32,000 nt of DNA from Formosa sp. Hel1_33_131. GTDB taxonomy: Bacteria; Bacteroidota; Bacteroidia; Flavobacteriales; Flavobacteriaceae. Location: NCBI RefSeq assembly GCF_001735745.1, contig NZ_CP017260.1:990001-1022000 (forward strand). The letters run 5' to 3'. The stretch's first letter is position 1. Each line of letters begins with the position of its first letter. The position numbers were made by a program, and so were the translations under genes. The notes beneath the pieces are model-generated. The model searched no databases. It was given only the letters and a program-made list of their open reading frames with translations, and was not told the origin of the DNA. Positions 25,168 to 30,751 of this stretch are shown in pieces.

Positions 25168-27834
25168 TTGATATTAAACATAAGACACCTTTTTTATATA
25201 CTGGTATTTTTAAATACGAGTACTTTTTTTGGTCAAATAAATGACCCTCCAACAGTGACCGCTGTTGGCGATCAAATCTATTGTCCTCAAAGTCAACAGC
25301 GGATTGTGACTTCTTTTAACATCACCGATCCAGATGATACGCTCATACCTGCCTTTTACATTCAAATTTCTTCAGGCTATGTTTTAGGACAAGACCAACT
25401 CCTTTTATCGGGATCACACCCTACTATAGCAGCCAATTGGGATGCAAACCAAGCCAAATTAACATTGACGGGGCTTAGTGGCGGTTCTGCCAGTTACACC
25501 GATATTATTGCAGCGGTTTATGATGTTGTTTTTAACAGTAGCACTATAAATGTGGGAGCCAAAACCTTTTCATTAACTGCGGGTTCTGCTAATTATTTAG
25601 CTTCAACAGATCATTACTATGACTATGTGCCTTCCAATTTAATTACGTGGACCAATGCCAAAGCGACTGCTGAAACGATGAATTATTTTGGATTACAAGG
25701 CTATTTAGCCACCTTAACCATCCCTGACGAAGGACAAATATCTGGGGAGTTATCGCCTGGAACAGGCTGGATTGGCGCCTCAGATGTAGCAAGTGAAGGC
25801 GTCTGGAAATGGATGACAGGTCCAGAAGCTGGCGATAACTTAGCCTATACCAATTGGAATTCCGGTGAACCTAATGATTACGGGAGCGGCGAAGATTATG
25901 CACACATTACTTATAATACAGGAATTCCAGGGTCTTGGAACGATTTACCAAACAACACTACTGGACAACCCTATGATTATCAAGCCAAAGGCTTTGTTAT
26001 TGAATACGGAGGAACACCCGGAGATCCTGTCTTAAATATATCTGCGTCCACAACTTTCAGTCCGCCTCAAATATTGTCAACCAGCCCATCTGTAAGTTGT
26101 GGGAATGACCCTGCAAACCTGTCGGCAACCTCAAACACCAACGATATTTTATGGTATGACAGTCAAAACGGAGGTGCCCTTTTACATACTGGAGACACCT
26201 ACAATCCTGTTTTAACCACAAGCACCACCTTTTGGGTTTTAGCGTCTAATAATGGCTGTACCACTGGAACCAGAACTGCCGTGACTGCCACGGTTAATTC
26301 CGCTCCAACAGTGGACACCCCAGCAAATGTGTCTTCTTGTGATAGCTATACCTTGGCAGCACTCTCCAATGGAGATTATTTCACAGCAACCAATGGCGGA
26401 GGAACCCCTGTCAATGCAGGCGATGTCATCTCTGCTTCTACCACCTTATTTGTGTATGCAGAAACAGCCACAACGCCTAACTGTACTAGTGAACACGCTT
26501 TTGATATTACAATCAATACAACGCCAGTGGTAGATACGCCAGCAGATGTTTCTGTTTGTGATAACTATACATTACCGGTACTGACCAATGGAAATTATTT
26601 TACAGCTTCCAATGGCGGCGGAACAACGCTCAATGCAGGAGACGTGATCTCAGCTTCCACGACCTTATTTGTGTATGCAGAATCCGCAACCACCCCTAAC
26701 TGTAGCAATGAGCATTCTTTTGACATCACCATTAATATCACTTCAAATACGACGTTTACACAACTAGGACCTATTTGTGAAGGAGGCTCATTAACACTCC
26801 CTACAACATCCATTGAAGGGATTACAGGAACATGGTCGCCCATTTTTGACAATACAGTTTCAGATACTTATACCTTTGCGCCCGATTCGAATCCCTGTGC
26901 CAATAGCACTACAATGACCATCATGGTGAACCCTATTTTCACCCCCACCTTTACGCAAGTACCCACCATTTGTGTTGGGGATGTTTTACTGGATTTACCA
27001 ACGGTTTCAAATGAAGGCATTAGTGGCACTTGGTCGCCAGCCATAAATAATACCATCACAACAGAATACACTTTTACACCTACGCCTGTAACAGGAAGTT
27101 GTTTTGCAGAAACCAAAATGACCATCTCAGTCTTGACGCAAACAATCCCTTTATTTACACAAGTTGACCCCATTTGTATCGGCAGTGTGCTGGCCCCTTT
27201 ACCTACCACTTCCAATGGGGGTATTACAGGCGATTGGAGTCCTGCTTTAGATAATTTAGCAACAACGCTTTATACTTTCACACCAGACCCTGGGCAATGT
27301 GCAGACGTCACCACCATGACCATTGTGGTGAATCCCATCAGTGTTTTAACAATCGACGCGACAAAGCTGTCGGAAGATTTTGATGCGAATCAAGTTATTT
27401 CAGTGTCTGCTACGGGCGGAAGTGGGACTTATGAATACCAATTGAATGGCGGTGTTTGGCAAAGCAATGCAACCTTTGAATATGTAATTGGATGTCAAGA
27501 ACATACGGTGGCTGTACGTGATGCACTTGGGTGTAGCACAATCCCTGAAACAACAGTAATGATTATGGAATTTCCAAAATTCTTTACGCCAAATGGCGAT
27601 GGGTATAACGACACTTGGAACATCAAATGTTTGAGAGATGACCCCACTGCGTTGATCTCTATTTTTGACCGTTTTGGAAAACTGCTGTTTCAATTTAGTC
27701 CCAATCGCAGTGCATGGAATGGCACCTTTAATGGCTCCATGTTAACAGGAACCGATTATTGGTTTGGAGTGAATTACCTAAACAGTAAGGGAGTGGAAAC
27801 GCAATTTAAATCCCACTTTTCGTTGAGGTATTGA
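25168..27834 (+). CDS. T9SS (type-B CTD) secreted surface protein with a C-type-lectin-like head, Ig-like domain, two 73-aa repeats and three ~65-aa two-Cys repeats
   Basis: 888 aa with a TTG start (no nearby in-frame ATG) and a signal-like N-terminus. The C-type-lectin-like segment has WIGASD...EGVWKW...EPN...WND. The C-terminal motif FFTPNGDGYNDTW...F..FGK...WNG......YWF is typical of the gliding-motility/T9SS type-B sorting domain. Confidence 0.85.
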   Translation: MILNIRHLFYILVFLNTSTFFGQINDPPTVTAVGDQIYCPQSQQRIVTSFNITDPDDTLIPAFYIQISSGYVLGQDQLLLSGSHPTIAANWDANQAKLTLTGLSGGSASYTDIIAAVYDVVFNSSTINVGAKTFSLTAGSANYLASTDHYYDYVPSNLITWTNAKATAETMNYFGLQGYLATLTIPDEGQISGELSPGTGWIGASDVASEGVWKWMTGPEAGDNLAYTNWNSGEPNDYGSGEDYAHITYNTGIPGSWNDLPNNTTGQPYDYQAKGFVIEYGGTPGDPVLNISASTTFSPPQILSTSPSVSCGNDPANLSATSNTNDILWYDSQNGGALLHTGDTYNPVLTTSTTFWVLASNNGCTTGTRTAVTATVNSAPTVDTPANVSSCDSYTLAALSNGDYFTATNGGGTPVNAGDVISASTTLFVYAETATTPNCTSEHAFDITINTTPVVDTPADVSVCDNYTLPVLTNGNYFTASNGGGTTLNAGDVISASTTLFVYAESATTPNCSNEHSFDITINITSNTTFTQLGPICEGGSLTLPTTSIEGITGTWSPIFDNTVSDTYTFAPDSNPCANSTTMTIMVNPIFTPTFTQVPTICVGDVLLDLPTVSNEGISGTWSPAINNTITTEYTFTPTPVTGSCFAETKMTISVLTQTIPLFTQVDPICIGSVLAPLPTTSNGGITGDWSPALDNLATTLYTFTPDPGQCADVTTMTIVVNPISVLTIDATKLSEDFDANQVISVSATGGSGTYEYQLNGGVWQSNATFEYVIGCQEHTVAVRDALGCSTIPETTVMIMEFPKFFTPNGDGYNDTWNIKCLRDDPTALISIFDRFGKLLFQFSPNRSAWNGTFNGSMLTGTDYWFGVNYLNSKGVETQFKSHFSLRY
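25609..26013 (+). other. C-type-lectin-like domain (Cys-less, EPN and WND motifs retained)
   Basis: Residues ~148-282. The segment reads HYYDYV..ITWTNAKATAE...GYLATLT..E..., GWIGASDVASEGVWKWMTGPEAG, NWNSGEPND (EPN at 25867-25875), EDYAHI and GSWNDLPN (WND at 25936-25944). Confidence 0.7.
26299..26736 (+). repeat. two tandem 73-aa (219-bp) coding repeats
   Basis: Residues ~378-450 and 451-523. Both read T.VDTPA.VS.CD.YTL..L.NG.YFTA.NGGGT..NAGDVISASTTLFVYAE.ATTPNC..EH.FDITIN. Confidence 0.8.
26749..27336 (+). repeat. three tandem ~65-68-aa two-cysteine coding repeats
   Basis: The first Cys of each unit is at residues 537, 602 and 670. The unit consensus is FTQ..PIC.G..L..LPT.S.EGI.G.WSPA..N....YTFTP....C....M.I.V.P. 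Confidence 0.85.
27231..27683 (+). repeat. near-identical tract shared with 29981-30433 (dispersed direct repeat inside paralogous genes)
   Basis: I counted 5 mismatches in 453 nt, with 27436-27683 fully identical. The flanks are clearly more diverged on both sides. Confidence 0.85.
27562..27831 (+). other. T9SS type-B C-terminal sorting domain (CHU_C / gliding-motility CTD type)
   Basis: EFPKFFTPNGDGYNDTWNIKCL...ISIFDRFGKLLFQF...WNGTFNG....TDYWFGVNY......FKSHFSLRY. Confidence 0.8.
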
Positions 27835-27959
27835 AAGCACTGTACTTCCCAAAAAAATAGTTTTTAAAACATAGTACAGAAAAACATTAAAAATAACCAT
27901 GTAATAAAATATTCGTTTTTTTTCTTTATCTTGATTGTTGAACCTAGTGAATCTAAACA

Positions 27960-30584
27960 TTGATGCTCTTACGTAAGACCTCAACGCATATAGCGTTATT
28001 TATTTTAATCTTGATATGCTTTCAAACGGCTTCTCATGCACAGTTAAATGCAGTTACTATTGGCAGTGCTTCAGACTTAGGGAGCAATTGTTTTCGAATC
28101 ACTCCTGATCAATTCGATCTATCTGGTGGAGCTTGGTATGACAACCCCATAAATTTTTCAAATGATTTTACAATCTTTTACGAAAATAATTTTGGAACTA
28201 AAGACGGAAATGGTGCAGATGGAATGGCACTTGTTTTTAAAACGAATGCGACAGCTGTGATCGGTGGTACTGGAGGGGGGATTGGTTATGCAGGAATTTC
28301 AAATTCACTGATTGTAGAGTTTGACACCTTTAAAAATGGCGACCTAGGAGATGCGACTGTAGATCACATCGGAATCATGTCTAACGGCGTTCCAAATCAC
28401 TCATCAAGTTCAAGTCTTGCAGGACCTATTCAGGCGAGTTCAACGAGCGGAAATATAGAAGACGGCATTGATCATAATATCAAAATCGTTTGGACTGCTA
28501 GCTCTAAAACTTTGGAGGTGTTTTTTGATTGTATTTTAAGACTTTCTGTAACCAAGGATGTGAAAACGGATATTTTTAATGGAGATGATTCTGTGTTTTT
28601 TGGCTTTGTGGGTTCCACTGGAGGATTCTCTAACTTACATCAAGTTTGTTTTAACAGAATCTCATTTGTAGATAATTTTAATTTAGTAGATACGGCCATT
28701 TGTTCGGGTGAAACAGTTCAATTAGATGCTACAATCCCGAGTGGAGTTACCTATTCTTGGAGTCCAACAACGGGTGTTAGCAATCCTTCTATTGCAAACC
28801 CAATTTTATCTCCGACAAGCACAACAACTTACACCGTTACAATTAATGATGTTTGTGGCGACTCTATTACTGAAGATGTTTTAATCACTATTAATCCGAG
28901 CGGAACTTCTGATTTTGCTCAAATCGATCCCATTTGCGAAGGAAGTGGCAACCCATTAACAAGCACTTCAATCAATGGAATTACAGGTGCTTGGTCACCA
29001 GCCTTTAATTCTACAGCCACAACAACCTATACCTTCACCCCAGATGCTGGGCAATGTGCCAGTACAGCAACCATGACCATCACAGTCAATCCGATCATTG
29101 CACCAACGTTCAATCTTATAAACTCCATTTGTATTGGAGATACTTTAGCCGCTTTACCAACCACTTCTAACGAGGGCGTTATTGGAATTTGGAGTCCAGC
29201 TCTTGATTCCACAACAACAACAACCTATACCTTTATGCCGAGTGCAAATCAATGCGCAAATACAATCACAACAACCATCACGGTCAATCCAATCATTACG
29301 CCCTCGTTCAATCCAATAAACTCTATTTGTGATGGGGATACTTTAGCGCCTTTACCAACCACTTCTAACGAAGGAATTACTGGCAGCTGGAGTCCTGCTC
29401 TTGATAACACAATAACAACGACTTATGCGTTTACACCAGATATAGGGCAGTGTGCAATTCCTTCAAATCTAACGATTGTTGTAGTGCCAAACAGTCTTTC
29501 TACTTTTACACAAATACCGCCTATTTGTGAAGGAGATGCACTAACACTCCCTACGACTTCCATTGAAGGTTTTACAGGAACATGGTCGCCTGCTTTTGAC
29601 AACACAACTCCAGACACTTATACGTTCACCCCTGATGCTGGGCAATGTGCCAGTACAACTACAATGAACATTGTTGTGATTCCCATTATGACTCCAACAT
29701 TTACGCAAGTAGCCACCATTTGTGTTGGTGACGTTTTAATGACTTTACCAACGGTTTCAAATAATGGCTTTAGTGGCACTTGGTCGCCTGCCATAAATAA
29801 TACCATCACAACGGAATATACTTTTACAGCTACTCCTGTTACAGGAAGTTGTTTTGCAGAAACCAAAATGACCATTACGGTCTTAACACAAACAACGCCG
29901 TTTTTTACGCAAGTTGACCCCATTTGTATCGGGAGTGTGCTGGCACCTTTGCCCACCACTTCCAATGGTGGCATTACAGGCGATTGGAGTCCTGCTTTAG
30001 ATAATTTAGCAACAACGCTTTATACTTTCACACCAGACGCTGGACAATGTGCAGACGTCACCACCATGACCATTGTGGTGAATCCCATCAGTGTTTTAAC
30101 AATCGACGCTACAAAGCTGTCGGAAGATTTTGATGCGAATCAAGTTATTTCAGTGTCTGCTACGGGCGGAAGTGGGACTTATGAATACCAATTAGATGGC
30201 GGTGTTTGGCAAAGCAATGCAACCTTTGAATATGTAATTGGATGTCAAGAACATACGGTGGCTGTACGTGATGCACTTGGGTGTAGCACAATCCCTGAAA
30301 CAACAGTAATGATTATGGAATTTCCAAAATTCTTTACGCCAAATGGCGATGGGTATAACGACACTTGGAACATCAAATGTTTGAGAGATGACCCCACTGC
30401 GTTGATCTCTATTTTTGACCGTTTTGGAAAACTACTGTTTCAATTTAAACCCAGTCAAAATGCATGGAATGGTGTGTTTAATGGATTGATGTTACCAGCG
30501 ACTGATTATTGGTTTGTGGTAAATTACTTGAAAAGTAATGACGTACAAACGGAGTTCAGATCCCATTTTTCATTACGCCATTGA
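27960..30584 (+). CDS. T9SS (type-B CTD) secreted surface protein with an L-type (legume-lectin-like) head, Ig-like domain and six ~65-aa two-Cys repeats
   Basis: 874 aa. The track starts at the TTG at 27960, and an ATG follows at 27963. The signal peptide is LLRKTSTHIALFILILICFQTASHAQ. It has L-type lectin hallmark motifs, six repeats and the same CTD as the upstream gene. Confidence 0.85.
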   Translation: MMLLRKTSTHIALFILILICFQTASHAQLNAVTIGSASDLGSNCFRITPDQFDLSGGAWYDNPINFSNDFTIFYENNFGTKDGNGADGMALVFKTNATAVIGGTGGGIGYAGISNSLIVEFDTFKNGDLGDATVDHIGIMSNGVPNHSSSSSLAGPIQASSTSGNIEDGIDHNIKIVWTASSKTLEVFFDCILRLSVTKDVKTDIFNGDDSVFFGFVGSTGGFSNLHQVCFNRISFVDNFNLVDTAICSGETVQLDATIPSGVTYSWSPTTGVSNPSIANPILSPTSTTTYTVTINDVCGDSITEDVLITINPSGTSDFAQIDPICEGSGNPLTSTSINGITGAWSPAFNSTATTTYTFTPDAGQCASTATMTITVNPIIAPTFNLINSICIGDTLAALPTTSNEGVIGIWSPALDSTTTTTYTFMPSANQCANTITTTITVNPIITPSFNPINSICDGDTLAPLPTTSNEGITGSWSPALDNTITTTYAFTPDIGQCAIPSNLTIVVVPNSLSTFTQIPPICEGDALTLPTTSIEGFTGTWSPAFDNTTPDTYTFTPDAGQCASTTTMNIVVIPIMTPTFTQVATICVGDVLMTLPTVSNNGFSGTWSPAINNTITTEYTFTATPVTGSCFAETKMTITVLTQTTPFFTQVDPICIGSVLAPLPTTSNGGITGDWSPALDNLATTLYTFTPDAGQCADVTTMTIVVNPISVLTIDATKLSEDFDANQVISVSATGGSGTYEYQLDGGVWQSNATFEYVIGCQEHTVAVRDALGCSTIPETTVMIMEFPKFFTPNGDGYNDTWNIKCLRDDPTALISIFDRFGKLLFQFKPSQNAWNGVFNGLMLPATDYWFVVNYLKSNDVQTEFRSHFSLRH
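28041..28670 (+). other. L-type (legume-lectin-like) lectin domain
   Basis: Residues ~28-237. GADGMALVF (compare ADGLAFF), SLIVEFDTFKN (compare VAVEFDT), VDHIGIMSNG (compare NHIGIDVNS) and FFGFVGSTGG (compare VGFSATTG) occur in the order found in legume lectins. Confidence 0.7.
28908..30083 (+). repeat. six tandem ~65-68-aa two-cysteine coding repeats
   Basis: The first Cys of each unit is at residues 326, 391, 457, 523, 588 and 656, giving nt periods of 195, 198, 198, 195 and 204. The consensus is the same as in the upstream gene. Units 4-6 are collinear with the three units of the upstream gene at offset 2750. Confidence 0.85.
29981..30433 (+). repeat. near-identical tract shared with 27231-27683
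   Basis: This is the partner copy of the 453-nt tract, at offset 2750. Confidence 0.85.
30312..30581 (+). other. T9SS type-B C-terminal sorting domain
   Basis: EFPKFFTPNGDGYNDTWNIKCL...ISIFDRFGKLLFQF...WNGVFNG....TDYWFVVNY......FRSHFSLRH. Confidence 0.8.
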
Positions 30585-30751
30585 AAACGACTAAAAAATA
30601 GGGGGTATTTCTTCAACTCAAAAATTAAAAACCAATCTTCCTTAATTCTGTTTGATTTATTGTTTTTTAAAAGTAATATGAGGGTTTAAATACTTTGTAT
30701 TTGGATTATTTTTCATTTCTTTGAAGGATTAACCAATTTTAAGCTTACATA

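Larger units (their letters stand above)
24601..25366 (+). repeat. tandem duplication, 2 x 383 bp, of the junction block (glyQS 3' end, 19-bp spacer, adhesin 5' end)
   Basis: By-eye alignment shows 24601-24964 collinear with 24984-25347 at a constant offset of 383 with no indels. I counted about 23 mismatches in the first ~118 nt and about 8 in the remaining ~245 nt. Confidence 0.85.

Noticed and set aside
25228-25234. T7 homopolymer inside the adhesin signal-peptide coding region (also at 24845-24851) as a slipped-strand phase-variation switch
   Set aside because: Seven residues is short for efficient slippage. Both copies have the same length. AT-rich genomes contain many such runs by chance.
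25010-25252. 80-aa minus-strand ORF across the duplication junction
   Set aside because: It lies antisense to the glyQS fragment and the adhesin start. It has no recognisable motif or promoter box. It is a typical spurious ORF in AT-rich sequence.
26595-27215. Minus-strand ORFs inside the adhesin genes (26595-26852, 26868-27215, 27400-27693, 29027-29212, 29423-29617, 29618-29974, 31675-31860) and the plus-strand ORF 26327-26533
   Set aside because: They are antisense or off-frame shadows of repetitive Thr/Pro/Gly-rich coding repeats. The sense frames give coherent domain architecture. The shadow ORFs recur only because the underlying repeats recur.
27840-27885. CTGTACT...AGTACAG inverted repeat after the first adhesin gene as an intrinsic terminator
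   Set aside because: The 7-bp stem encloses a 26-nt loop and is followed by an A-run rather than a T-run, so it is not a canonical terminator. Co-transcription of the adhesin genes cannot be judged from sequence alone.
26299-30083. Regularly spaced DNA repeats as a possible CRISPR array or mobile element
   Set aside because: The repeats are in frame and translate to conserved protein modules. They have no unique spacers, and no cas genes or transposase genes are present anywhere in the window.
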